A stretch of DNA of 64,000 nt from Candidatus Melainabacteria bacterium (GCA_023250195.1 JAHFBF010000001.1:406661-470660); one strand, 5' to 3'. Counted from the stretch's first letter, positions 20,505 to 31,100 are shown. Notes: generated by a model not told the origin, from the sequence alone. Numbers and translations: made by a program.

Positions 20505-20861
20505 CTACGCAGGCTTTTTCTTTGAATCCAATGACTGTATTGAATTAGCCAGGATAGTCAGACGATAATGGTTTTTATTTTCCTTGTCTTTCCACCTATC
20601 AGGTTTTAGTTCACCATGAACTACAATCATTCTGCCTTTAGTCAGATAATTTTCAGCAAACTCTGCCTGCTTACCCCAGGCTACAATACCATCTATAAAG
20701 TCTGCATCAATTTGCTTTTCACCCTCCTTATGTTTTTTTCTAATATTCCTGACAGCAAGGCTTAAATTTGCTTTGAAATATTTTTTATTTATACCTACCT
20801 CTTCGACCTCCGGATCTCTCGCTAATCTACCGATTAATGTAACTTGATTTTGAGCTGACAT
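20505..20861 (-). CDS. single-stranded DNA-binding protein-like OB-fold protein (no acidic C-terminal tail)
   Basis: NQVTLIGRLARDPEV...GIVAWGKQAEFAENYLTKGRMIVVHGELKPDRWKDKENKNHYRL follows the SSB OB-fold pattern; canonical DDDIPF-type tail absent. Confidence 0.6.
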   Translation of the reverse strand: MSAQNQVTLIGRLARDPEVEEVGINKKYFKANLSLAVRNIRKKHKEGEKQIDADFIDGIVAWGKQAEFAENYLTKGRMIVVHGELKPDRWKDKENKNHYRLTILANSIQSLDSKKKPA

Positions 20862-20922
20862 TTTGAACCTCCTTTTTAATATAAATCCAGTAGAGGCGAG
20901 ATAATCCCGCCTCTACAAAGAT

Positions 20923-21132
20923 TTATTGTTTTTTTGCTTTTTTATGTTTCTTTGTTTTCTTTGTTGACTTTTTTTTCTTTGGAGTTTCGTTTTCACTATC
21001 TTCCAAAGCTGCAGTTTGGACTTCCTGAACACCTGCGCTAAGCTGTTCTGAAGCTGTTTTTATCTCTTGTGCTTTTACAGAAGCATTAAGAAACAAAGAT
21101 ACAGCACAAAGTGCGATTATTGTTTTTTTCAT
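20923..21132 (-). CDS. small secreted Lys-rich protein
   Basis: Internal Met (MKKTIIALCAVSLFLNASVKA) gives a signal peptide; the ORF-track N-terminal extension to 21228 runs through inverted repeats and is probably not translated; C-terminus poly-Lys. Confidence 0.4.
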   Translation of the reverse strand: MKKTIIALCAVSLFLNASVKAQEIKTASEQLSAGVQEVQTAALEDSENETPKKKKSTKKTKKHKKAKKQ

Positions 21133-21337
21133 TTTCTTCTCCTTATTGTTTCTACCAGAAAAATCCCTACGAGATTTTCCCTTTCCCTTTCCGGCATGCA
21201 AGATATTCTTCCTCAGAACATCTTGCACTTATATTTTGTACATGAGAAAAATTTCTCATGTCCCGGCTCAGAAAAAAAATTATATTAAAAAAGAGGATTT
21301 GATTTCAATAGATGATCCTGTAAATTCTTTATAAATC

Positions 21338-21404
21338 TGTAACCGTAGGTTACACGAATTGATAAAAAATTTTTAAGGTTCGTGAAATGTAACCGTGGGT
21401 TACA
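21338..21404. promoter_or_regulatory. pair of 17-bp palindromes TGTAACCGTAGGTTACA and TGTAACCGTGGGTTACA (operator-like)
   Basis: Two TGTAAC-N5-GTTACA sites with 50-bp centre spacing; the same motif pair recurs at 41284..41330. Confidence 0.5.
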
Positions 21405-21411
21405 TTGTTAC

Positions 21412-22731
21412 TTAAAGAAATTTCTTTTTTATGTATTCAAAGTGTGAGTAAGTAAGAAAGAAAAGTAGTTCAATTACAAAAAGTAGCTGATAAAAATATC
21501 TTGATTCAGGCTGGTAGGGAAATGAAACAATAATTACAGAAAGGGGAATTGAAATTAAAAATAAGACCTTACTAATAGGTATAATTTTTTTCTTAAGCGG
21601 GGAATATAGCAGCAAGCTAAAACAGGACATAAACACCATTAACCACTTTGAAATATCTATTAATGGATGGAAATATCTGGCACTTGAAAATCCAGGGAAT
21701 AAGTTTCCAAGAAAGAGTTCCTTTAAATTTAAAACCCGCTCTTTAAGCCAATGAGGATTTTTTTTCATACATTCCCACCCTAAGTCATAAAAATACTTTT
21801 GATCATTTATTGGATGATTTGTTTTAAATGTGGGCCATTCCTTGTGCTTCCAGTTCAGCGGTGGACCAAGCGAAAAATTATGTTTTTTATATGATGAAGA
21901 TAGTCCACGGTATTTACACTGGGCAAGAAAAAAATTTGCTCCTGTACTGTTATGCAGACCGGATACATTTCCTTTTGAAATATAAAATATCTGGGAACTG
22001 GCAATAAAGATGACTAAAAAGAAACCAAGAGAAAAAATCACGCTTTTTACAAGATGACTAATTCCAGACTTCTTTCCGGAAAGTAAAAGATAAAACAAGA
22101 AAGACAGGAAAATTGGAGCTAAGCTGGGCTTTAATGCAACTGTAAATCCAAACACAATGCCACTAAAGAATATTCTCGGGTTTTTATTATTAGAACTGAA
22201 AAGCAAATAAACTGAAAAAATAAAAACAGGGATAGCAATATTTTCTGTAAGTATAAATGCGTTTAAATATATCAATGGATAGCTAAATGCATAAAACAAA
22301 GTAGCAAGCATGGGAATAGGTGATTTATTAATTAGATCTTTAGCAATAAAATAGAAAAACACTATAGAAATAGAAGATAAAAAAATATGAAAAGTTAACA
22401 CACTTTCCAGCAAATGTTTATATAAACCAATAAAAGCAATAATCTTAAAAAGGAATGAAAGATATATTTTAAAAAAAACAGGCCATGCTGCCCAGTGAAA
22501 CATTGAAAAAATATTACCTTCATACATTGCAAGCGCTCTATTCCAATACCCACTCATATCACTTACAAGGTAATGTTTATAATCAGTGAAATAAAAAACA
22601 TAAACAATTCTTGTTATGAATGAAGTAACTACTATTAATGCTAAGTAGTAATAATCTGTGGGCAGTTTCTTTAATCTATCCAGCAAATCATTTTTGTAAG
22701 TTTCTAATTGGGTCATTTGAATCTTAGTCAC
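21412..22731 (-). CDS. polytopic membrane protein, possible GT-C-fold glycosyltransferase (ArnT/PMT-like)
   Basis: 439 aa, about 11 predicted TM helices with loops, resembling glycosyltransferase family 39/83-type topology; no decisive motif read. Confidence 0.4.
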   Translation of the reverse strand: MTKIQMTQLETYKNDLLDRLKKLPTDYYYLALIVVTSFITRIVYVFYFTDYKHYLVSDMSGYWNRALAMYEGNIFSMFHWAAWPVFFKIYLSFLFKIIAFIGLYKHLLESVLTFHIFLSSISIVFFYFIAKDLINKSPIPMLATLFYAFSYPLIYLNAFILTENIAIPVFIFSVYLLFSSNNKNPRIFFSGIVFGFTVALKPSLAPIFLSFLFYLLLSGKKSGISHLVKSVIFSLGFFLVIFIASSQIFYISKGNVSGLHNSTGANFFLAQCKYRGLSSSYKKHNFSLGPPLNWKHKEWPTFKTNHPINDQKYFYDLGWECMKKNPHWLKERVLNLKELFLGNLFPGFSSARYFHPLIDISKWLMVFMSCFSLLLYSPLKKKIIPISKVLFLISIPLSVIIVSFPYQPESRYFYQLLFVIELLFFLTYSHFEYIKKKFL

Positions 22732-22874
22732 CAGTTTTGGTTTCTTTTAGCTCCTAAGTATATATTTCATCTAGATACCTGTAAAGCCAAAAAGAAAAGT
22801 TGGGTTTTGTATTGAACGCTAAAAAAAATAGCTCAATTTCTTGAGCTATTTAATTAGTGTAATTTACGGAAGCT

Positions 22875-24785
22875 TTATTTTGTTCTTGCTCTTCTATCTC
22901 TAGTTAATGCAAGATCTTTAGATAATATAGTTCTTTCCGTTGCAAGAACTACTACTGAATTTCCCAAATCTATCATTGAACCTGATAGGGTAAATTTAAC
23001 TGTAATAACCCCGTTTTTATTTACCGTTACCTGTTCATCTCCTTGACTTATGCCGCTTGGGAATACAGTAGCAACAATATCATTGGTGATACTGTTAGCA
23101 GTTTTGTTGTGCAGTCCTTTCCTTGCAGCAACTAAAGAACGACCTCTTAAGGTTATAGTAGCTTTGTTGCCATGATGTACATTCAAAGACAATCTTCTTA
23201 TTACAGTAGGGCTTACAAGAGGATTAAAGTTAATTATCTCAATAATTCCACTTAGTGAGAGTCCATTACTTAAATTAAATGAAAATACTGCATCGCCTGT
23301 ACTGACTGCATTCCCATCTGGTAAAAGCAGAGTAAGAATGTATTTGTTAGGTTCATTAGAAATACTCATTATTTCATACTGAAGATCATTGAATACATTT
23401 CCATTACTGGATGAAAGGCTTAAAGAGAGTATTTCTGTATCTATTAAGGGCAATGAAGACCTAATTTCAAAAGATGGGTTAGAACCAGGATAAGCAGTTC
23501 CAACTTTCCCAATAAACTCATCTGGAATTAATGGAAGTTCAACTGCATTTGGTAGTTTTGGAGTTCCTGTAATATCGATATCATATCCTCTTCCTGCTTC
23601 AAAGCCACCGGAGGAAGAACTAGAAGAGGAACTACTAGAAGAAGAGCCGGAAAATTGGTCTGTTCCTAAATTCCCTGAAGATGAAGTTCCTGGTACACAT
23701 TCCGGGAGATTCGAACAAATTTCTGGATTAAATTCACAGCAGCCAAATATACAGCAGTTGTTTCCGCACATTGTCCATTGACAGTCTGGAACGTTAGATA
23801 TTCCTCCTCCTCCTACAGGTACACAAACTGGGGCAGGATTGTTACAGAGTAGTGCTTCTTGATGACGAATAACTGTTCGAGTAGGTAAATTGTCTCCTAC
23901 TGTACAACAGGCAGGTGTATTCTCTGAACAAGATGGTGAACCTAAAGAAGGGCAAGCAGGAGTAGAACCAGTAGGACATGTTACTGCTCCATCTACACAA
24001 CTTATACCACCTGAAGAAGAACCTCCTGATGATGTAGAACTTGAAGTTGTTGATGATGTTGAGCTTGTTGAACCTGATGTTGAACTTGAAGTGCTTGATG
24101 TTGAGCTTGAAGTGCTTGATGTTGAGCTTGAAGTGCTTGATGTTGAGCTTGTTGATGATGATGTGCTAGAAGAACCATGATGATCATCGTCGTCATCATC
24201 ATGACCGCCTGTTGATGATGTACTACTTGATGTTGAGCTTGTTGATGATGATGTGCTAGAAGAACCATGATCATCATCGTCATCATCATGACCGCCTGTT
24301 GATGATGTACTGCTTGATGTTGAACTTGAAGTGCTTGATGTTGAGCTTGAAGTACTTGATGTTGATGAGTTAGATCCTGAAGTCGATGAGTTGGATCCTG
24401 ATGTTGATGAACTAGAACTTGATGCAGGATCACACTTAACCTTGTCATCACACATTGACATAGAATCACAACAATTTGGTTCTCCATCTATGCAAGATAA
24501 AGTATCCATACCACTACATGATGCTACTTCTCCACTAGTACAAAAAACATTCCCATTGGAACAAAATGCAGTTTCTTTATCTTTCTTTGTCTTTATTGAA
24601 TGTGAAGTTCGTGATATAGAAGTGTAATTTCTATTTCTACCATTTGAATATGCTTGTGCTGCAGAATAATCTTTTGTCTTGAATAGAGCCAGTGTTGGTA
24701 AATTAAGAATTAATATTAAAGTAAGACTAACTAAAAATTTAAAGGCCTTTAATTTGATGTTTTTATTTGATTCTTGATTTTGCAT
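22875..24785 (-). CDS. secreted mucin-like Ser/Thr-rich, Cys-rich repeat protein
   Basis: Start taken at the Met preceded by AAGGA (signal/anchor KAFKFLVSLTLILILNLPTLALF); long (SST/SSS)n tracts, repeated GGHDDDDDDHGSSSTSSS units, Cys-rich blocks at both ends. Confidence 0.7.
   Translation of the reverse strand: MQNQESNKNIKLKAFKFLVSLTLILILNLPTLALFKTKDYSAAQAYSNGRNRNYTSISRTSHSIKTKKDKETAFCSNGNVFCTSGEVASCSGMDTLSCIDGEPNCCDSMSMCDDKVKCDPASSSSSSTSGSNSSTSGSNSSTSSTSSSTSSTSSSTSSSTSSTGGHDDDDDDHGSSSTSSSTSSTSSSTSSTGGHDDDDDDHHGSSSTSSSTSSTSSTSSSTSSTSSSTSSTSSSTSGSTSSTSSTTSSSTSSGGSSSGGISCVDGAVTCPTGSTPACPSLGSPSCSENTPACCTVGDNLPTRTVIRHQEALLCNNPAPVCVPVGGGGISNVPDCQWTMCGNNCCIFGCCEFNPEICSNLPECVPGTSSSGNLGTDQFSGSSSSSSSSSSSSGGFEAGRGYDIDITGTPKLPNAVELPLIPDEFIGKVGTAYPGSNPSFEIRSSLPLIDTEILSLSLSSSNGNVFNDLQYEIMSISNEPNKYILTLLLPDGNAVSTGDAVFSFNLSNGLSLSGIIEIINFNPLVSPTVIRRLSLNVHHGNKATITLRGRSLVAARKGLHNKTANSITNDIVATVFPSGISQGDEQVTVNKNGVITVKFTLSGSMIDLGNSVVVLATERTILSKDLALTRDRRARTK
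24001..24420 (-). repeat. tandem coding repeats (Ser-tract and HD6H units)
   Basis: Repeated GATGTTGAGCTTGAAGTGCTT and CATGATCATCGTCGTCATCATCATGACCGCC blocks; the opposite-strand ORFs 23890..24180, 24002..24487 and 24331..24627 are artefacts. Confidence 0.8.
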
Positions 24786-24950
24786 TTTAATATCCTTAAT
24801 TTCCCTTGAAACTTCTAAAACTACTAGAAGTAAAATCATATGACACAGTTAATACAAAGTCAATAAATCCTAAAAGTTAATTTTAGATCTTAAGCATTAA
24901 TCTTAAACTCTTTATGTTTAGCTTTAGATATATCTATATAAGATTAAAAA

Positions 24951-24980
24951 TTTAGGGTGCACTGTTACATGCACCCTAAA
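24951..24980 (-). terminator. rho-independent terminator downstream of 25016..27964
   Basis: 11-bp stem TTTAGGGTGCA/TGCACCCTAAA with 8-nt loop, followed on the transcript by a U-run; near-identical copy at 28132..28157. Confidence 0.7.
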
Positions 24981-25015
24981 AGCTTTTCACAAAGAAATGC
25001 GATTAATTGCGTTCT

Positions 25016-27964
25016 CTACTGCCCTGCAGGGAAGTCACAAATTACACGGAAGCCACGAGTACTCCCTGTAGCTGTAGTTTGATTTCTAAAGTCTGCTGTA
25101 ATAGGCGATGTAGCATCACTGGTTGAAGTATAATTTCCTCCACGAGTTATTGCATATTGAGCATCAGTACTATCCGTAAACAGTTTACCGCTATTCTTAC
25201 CACCATTTAAGTCAGCAGTAGCTCCAGATTGTGTTGGAAGACCTGATCCTTCAAAGTCTATGTCTACAGCAGCAGCACCACCTGCAATATCCTGAAAATT
25301 AAAGACACTGTTGTTTGTTGTAAATGGCAGTACTATTCCAGCTCCTGGATAGCCAGAATCAACTATAAAATCTGAACCACCAGACATAGAAGAATTTGTA
25401 ATCGTAAGGTCTCCCCATTCTTCTACATTACCAATCAAGTCATATACCTGCTTATCACCATCAAATGCACTATTTGAGTTAGTTACATCATCAGCTATTG
25501 CACTGGATGCAAATGTAGTACCATCAGTATTCTTAGTAGCTGAACCATCCAAAATATGTCCCCAGCTTTTAAAGCCAGTACCAGTTAAACATCTATCTCC
25601 AGTACCACTTTGATTTGGATCATCAGCACATTGGAATGAAGCACTATTTCTTAGATCTCTGTTTCCATCCCTGGTATTTCCTCTTTCATTCCAACCATTT
25701 GTAGCGGTTGCACCAAAGATGCTTTTTTGTTTTGCAAATCTGCCCAGTATATAAAGTGCTGTCCATTCCTTATTTCCAATAAGTTTACACGATCCTAAAG
25801 ATGAAATTTGGGCACTGGAAGCAGATGCGTTTGCTTTTGCAGTTGAGTGGCTTATGTTAGTCCAAGGTACTACATTTCTCTGACTGACAGGAATAGAAGA
25901 ACTGCCCTCTGCGGTAGCAGTAGCATCTGCTTTTGATGCTTCATATTTATTAATCCAGAAACCCCCAAAAACAATTCCATTAATAATAAATCTTGGTATT
26001 CTTACCATTCTTGTTGTACAAAGTGAAGATGGTGATACATCACATGAGCTTGTTGAGAAGGTCTTTTCATCTGAGTATGAATTCCAGCTAGAGGAAACTT
26101 CCTGAACTGTAGGAATATCATTTGCTCCTTGGCAGTCAGCCACTGTACATGACCCACTTACGTTTATATCTTCAGTAGCTGTATCACATGAACCATTGCC
26201 GTTTAAATCCCAGCAATTTAAACCATTAGTTCCATTGGTACCGTTAGTTCCGTTGGTTCCATTTGCTCCATTAGTCCCATTGGTTCCATTTGCTCCGTTG
26301 GTTCCATTAGTTCCATTACAGACATAATTTGTTGCTGTGACTTCACCGGAATCTAAAGTATTGTCATTATTTGAATCAAGCCCTGATTCTACTTTCTTGC
26401 CACCAGTAGAACAATTTGTTCCTGCTGATTCTGTAGTAATCTTTACCAAACTGTTTAAACCATTAGTTCCATTGGTACCGTTAGTTCCGTTGGTTCCATT
26501 TGCTCCATTAGTTCCGTTAGTTCCGTTAGTTCCATTGGTTCCATTACAGACATAATTTGTTGCTGTGACTTCACCGGAATCTAAAGTATTGTCATTATTT
26601 GAATCAAGCCCTGATTCTACTTTCTTGCCACCAGTAGAACAATTTGTTCCTGCTGATTCTGTAGTAATCTTTACCAAACTGTTTAAACCATTGGTTCCAT
26701 TGGTACCGTTAGTTCCATTGGCTCCGTTTGCTCCATTGCAGACAAAAGATGTTGAACTTACTTCACCAGAATCAAGCACACTATTTCCATTAGCATCAAG
26801 ACCAACTTCTATTTTTCTTCCACCTGTTGCACAATTTGCTCCGGCTGATTCTGTGGTTGATTTTGTAAGTGCATTATTTCCACCCATTCCATCACTACCA
26901 TTGCTTCCTGCATTTCCAGCAGTTCCAAGTGGAATAGTAAAAGTCAGGTTACAAAGAACCGGATCAAAAAACGCATCAGCCTTTGTCCCTGGTGCACCAT
27001 TATTTGCTGAGATCATTAATAATGCATTTAGATCATTACAGACACCCATACCATCCATGCCATTAATCCCATCCATTCCATCCATAATTACAACGGTAGG
27101 GATAGTTTCAGGAGACAAACTATTTGTTCCAAGGGTCTGATTATTTACAAATACTCCACCTACAATAGTTACTGTTGAGTTAAGAATCGGACTTGTAATA
27201 GTTATATCTCTAGATCCAACTGGAGCATCACTTTTCGGAGTAGCTAACACATCCAAAGTTGAATCATCTAAAGCTATAGTCTCTCTTACAGTAATATCAT
27301 TATTGCTGAATGAAACTTCTGTAAATGCATCTAATCCTTTACCTTTAATTGTAAGTTTATTTTCTACCCCGGCCTTTAGATCCCGTGTTATTGAATCAAG
27401 CCTAAACTCAGGTAGAGTAAACACAATCGTGTCAGCAGAATCATTGCCATCAACAGTAGCTCTTAAAGTATATTGGCCTGGTTTTAACCCTTTTACAAAA
27501 ATTTTGAATATTTTAAAGTCCAGGGCCTGAACTATTGAGCTTTGATTTTGAGTTTTATTTAAATTAAACGTAACTGATTGATTTTTTGTAACTATTTTAT
27601 TTTTACCTGTTTTTATTAAGTTTTGATCTTCTCTAAGCTCTGATATTCTAAATATCTTTAATCCAGTCATTAAAAGTGTGGCATTGTCAATTCCAAGACC
27701 TGTTCCCTGTGCACCAATAACTTCTACTTTTACAACCATTGCATCAGGCTTAAGTAACAGATCCAGGGATACTCTTTGATCAAGTTCTATATTATTCCTG
27801 TTATATCTGAATGCCGGCAATAAATTAGCTGATATTCTCTCTTGAGAAATTGTACTTCTGGCTTTTACTGCATAAATATTAACTGCATAAGCAGCACCGC
27901 TTTGATTCAGCAGAAGTACAGCTATTAATACAACCTTACATAGAAGACTTAACTTATTTTTCAT
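25016..27964 (-). CDS. giant secreted protein: conserved N-domain, Gly-Thr-Asn triplet tracts, Asp-rich repeat modules, C-terminal FGE-sulfatase (SUMF1)-like domain
   Basis: Signal peptide; N-terminal 330 aa nearly identical to 28187..32443; (GTN)n tracts; about 45-aa modules ...TESAGTNCSTGGKKVESGLDSNNDNTLDSGEVTATNYVCNG; C-terminal FGE-type motifs MVRIPRF...WINKYEAS, NKEWTALYILG, QVYDLIGNVEEW, TRGGNY...GFRVICD. Confidence 0.85.
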   Translation of the reverse strand: MKNKLSLLCKVVLIAVLLLNQSGAAYAVNIYAVKARSTISQERISANLLPAFRYNRNNIELDQRVSLDLLLKPDAMVVKVEVIGAQGTGLGIDNATLLMTGLKIFRISELREDQNLIKTGKNKIVTKNQSVTFNLNKTQNQSSIVQALDFKIFKIFVKGLKPGQYTLRATVDGNDSADTIVFTLPEFRLDSITRDLKAGVENKLTIKGKGLDAFTEVSFSNNDITVRETIALDDSTLDVLATPKSDAPVGSRDITITSPILNSTVTIVGGVFVNNQTLGTNSLSPETIPTVVIMDGMDGINGMDGMGVCNDLNALLMISANNGAPGTKADAFFDPVLCNLTFTIPLGTAGNAGSNGSDGMGGNNALTKSTTESAGANCATGGRKIEVGLDANGNSVLDSGEVSSTSFVCNGANGANGTNGTNGTNGLNSLVKITTESAGTNCSTGGKKVESGLDSNNDNTLDSGEVTATNYVCNGTNGTNGTNGTNGANGTNGTNGTNGTNGLNSLVKITTESAGTNCSTGGKKVESGLDSNNDNTLDSGEVTATNYVCNGTNGTNGANGTNGTNGANGTNGTNGTNGTNGLNCWDLNGNGSCDTATEDINVSGSCTVADCQGANDIPTVQEVSSSWNSYSDEKTFSTSSCDVSPSSLCTTRMVRIPRFIINGIVFGGFWINKYEASKADATATAEGSSSIPVSQRNVVPWTNISHSTAKANASASSAQISSLGSCKLIGNKEWTALYILGRFAKQKSIFGATATNGWNERGNTRDGNRDLRNSASFQCADDPNQSGTGDRCLTGTGFKSWGHILDGSATKNTDGTTFASSAIADDVTNSNSAFDGDKQVYDLIGNVEEWGDLTITNSSMSGGSDFIVDSGYPGAGIVLPFTTNNSVFNFQDIAGGAAAVDIDFEGSGLPTQSGATADLNGGKNSGKLFTDSTDAQYAITRGGNYTSTSDATSPITADFRNQTTATGSTRGFRVICDFPAGQ
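26221..26317 (-). repeat. hexanucleotide (GTTCCR/TTGGTN) tract encoding (Gly-Thr-Asn)n
   Basis: CCATTAGTTCCATTGGTACCGTTAGTTCCGTTGGTTCC...; further tracts at 26458..26548 and 26688..26740; the opposite strand reads PLVPLVP (artefact ORFs 26337..26555, 26565..27140). Confidence 0.85.
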
Positions 27965-28131
27965 TTTTGCAGCTCCCCAATTTTCTTAACTGGATAACTC
28001 TTCTCAGATCAAGACTAAGAATAAGTTAAATCCAAGTACAAGCCCTTTTGTGATCCATGGCAACCCTAAGATCATGTTGCACTGGACATCATTCACTTGA
28101 TATAAAGACAAAGTTATTTATTGCAAAAAAA

Positions 28132-28157
28132 TAGGGTGCACTGTTACATGCACCCTA
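28132..28157 (-). terminator. rho-independent terminator downstream of 28187..32443
   Basis: TAGGGTGCA-CTGTTACA-TGCACCCTA hairpin, duplicate of 24951..24980. Confidence 0.7.
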
Positions 28158-28186
28158 AAAGTTTTTCACGAAGAGGCTCTTACTCT

Positions 28187-31100
28187 TTAGAAGTCACAGA
28201 TTACACGGAATCCACGACGCTCGTCAGTAGTAGTAGTCACATCATTACCATCAATTATAAGTGGTGAAGGAGCACTGGCACCATCATTACAAGCACCACC
28301 ACGAGTTATACCGTATTGTGCATCTGTTGTAGTTGTAGAAAGAGTTCCTGAATTCTTCCCGCCATTTGTATCATTCAAGCCACCATTTGCAGTAGCAGGA
28401 AGTCCAAGTCCACTAAAAGTAGATGATGTTGATATATCTATAGAGTTAAAGATCGCTCCATCTGTCGTAAATGGAAGCACTGATCCTGCTCCTGTATAGC
28501 CAGTATCAACTACAAAGTCTGAGCCAGACATGGTAGAAGAATTTGTAAAAGTATAGTCAATCCATTCTTTTACATTTCCAACAAGATCATAGACCTGTTT
28601 ATCACCATCCAAAGTATCAGCACCTGATCCACCATTGTCATCTTTAACAGCATCTGCTGTACTACCAAGTGAAGTACCTGTCGCATTTATAGTAGCTGAA
28701 CCATCTAAAAGATGTCCCCAGCTCTTATAACCTGTTCCAGTTAAGCAGACATCGCCAGTACCACTTTGATCTGGATCATCTTCACATACAGATGAACCAC
28801 TATCTCTGCCATCTCTGTTTCCATTTCTGGTATTCCCTCTTTCATTCCAACCGTTTGTAGCAGTTGAACCAAAGAGTCCTGTACTTTTTGCAACTTTACC
28901 AAGAATATAAAGAGCAGTCCACTCTTTCATTCCTATAAGTCTGCATGAACCAATACCAGTAATTTGTCTATTTAAACTAGATGCATTTGTCTTTGCAGTA
29001 GCCTGACTTATGTTTGTCCATGGCTCTACTCTACGTTGGCTTACAGGTACACTAGAAGTTCCTTGATCTGTTGCTGTAGCATTTGCTCTAGAAGCTTCAT
29101 ACTTGTCTATCCAGAAACCACCATACTCTACACCTTTATAAGTAAACTTTGGTATTTTTACCATTCTAGTCATACTGCTCATGTCATTTGTAGTGTAGTT
29201 TACTTCATCAGATAAAGTATTCCAGTTATTCACCAAACCGATAATTGCTGCTTCCTGGCAATCATCAGCTGTATATAAACCGTCATTATTTACATCTTCA
29301 GCTGCATCATTTACACCATCTTCATCTACATCCCAGCAGTTAATTCCATTAGTTCCATTTGAACCATTGGTTCCGTTTGTACCATTAATTCCATTACAGA
29401 CATAGCTGGTAGAAGCGATTTCACCACCAGTTAGCATATTGTCATTATTTGCATCAATACCGGCTTCCACTTTCTGACCGCCAGCTGTACAGTTTGCACC
29501 TGAACCTTCAGATGTTACAACAACTAAGCTAGTTGAGCCATTGGTTCCGTTAGTACCATTAGTTCCATCAGTTCCAGCACAATCAGCAACGTCTACTACA
29601 GTATCACCATTTAGATCTTCAGTTGCTACATCACCTACTCCATTATTATTTAAATCCCAGCAGGCTTGTCCGTTGGTTCCATTAGTACCGTTAGTTCCAT
29701 TAGTTCCGTTGGTTCCGTTAGTACCATTGGTTCCGTTTGTACCATTAGTTCCATCAGTTCCAGCACAATCAGCAACGTCTACTACAGTATCACCATTTAG
29801 ATCTTCAGTTGCTACATCACCTACTCCATTATTATTTAAATCCCAGCAGGCTTGTCCATTGGTTCCGTTGGTTCCGTTAGTTCCATTGGTTCCGTTAGTT
29901 CCGTTAGTTCCGTTGGTTCCGTTAGTTCCATTAGTTCCGTTGGTTCCGTTTGTACCATTGGCTCCATTACAGACATAGTTTGTAGAAGTAATTTCACCAC
30001 CAGCTAAAGAACCATTATTATTTGTATCCAGTCCAGATTCTACTTTTTTCCCACCATTAGCACAATTTGCACCAGCTGATTCTGTAGTAACCTTTACCAA
30101 GCTGTTCAAACCGTTGGTTCCATTTGTACCATTAGTTCCGTTGGTTCCGTTTGTACCATTGGCTCCATTGCAGACATAGTTTGTAGAAGTAATTTCACCA
30201 CCAGCTAAAGAACCATTGCCATTTGTATCTATTCCAGATTCTACTTTCTTTCCACCATTAGCACAATTTGCACCGGCTGATTCTGTAGTAATCTTTACCA
30301 AACTGTTCAAGCCATTGGTTCCGTTAGTTCCGTTAGTACCATTAGTTCCATTTGTACCGTTGCATACATAAGTAGTTGATGTAATTTCTCCTCCACTTAA
30401 AGAACCATTGCCATTTGTATCAACCCCACTCTGTATCTTCTTTCCACCATTAGCACAGTTTCCACCTGGGTTTTCATTTGAGGATGTTACAAGTGTTTGT
30501 AAACCATTGCAAACATATGATGTAGCATCAACTTCTCCCGAGTCAAGAGTACTATCACCATCATCATCTACTCCTACCTGAATTTTTCTTCCACCGTTTG
30601 CACAGTTTCCACCTGGGTTTTCATTTGAGGATGTAATTAAACTGTTTGATCCATTACATGCATAAGTCGTAGAGTCTATTTCACCTGCATCAAGTGTGTT
30701 ATCTCCATCATCATCTACTCCTACGCGAATCTTTCTACCACCGCTTGGACAGTTTGCTCCAGATGGTTCGCTTGAAGATGTAATTAAACTGTTTGATCCG
30801 TTACATGCATAGGTTGTAGAGTCTATTTCACCTGCATCAAGTGTGTTATCTCCATCATCATCTACTCCTACGCGAATCTTTCTACCACCGCTTGGACAGT
30901 TTGCTCCAGATGGTTCGCTTGAAGATGTAATTAAACTGTTTGATCCGTTACATGCATAAGTCGTAGACTCAACTTCTCCAAGATCAAGAACATTGTCTCC
31001 GTCATCATCTACTCCTGCCTGAAATTTTCTACCACCACTTGGACAGTTTGCTCCGGATGGTTCGCTTGAGGATGTAATTAAACTGTTTGATCCATTACAT

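Noticed and set aside
24001-24420. Considered whether the short direct repeats with HD6H units could be a CRISPR array
   Set aside because: Repeats are inside a continuous ORF with signal peptide, units are directly contiguous without unique spacers, and no cas genes are present.
26337-27140. Plus-strand ORFs 26337..26555 and 26565..27140 (also 29541..29978, 31152..31691, 31752..32009) encoding PLVPLVPLVP repeats
   Set aside because: Antisense translation of the (Gly-Thr-Asn)n hexamer tracts inside the large minus-strand genes; no independent start signals.
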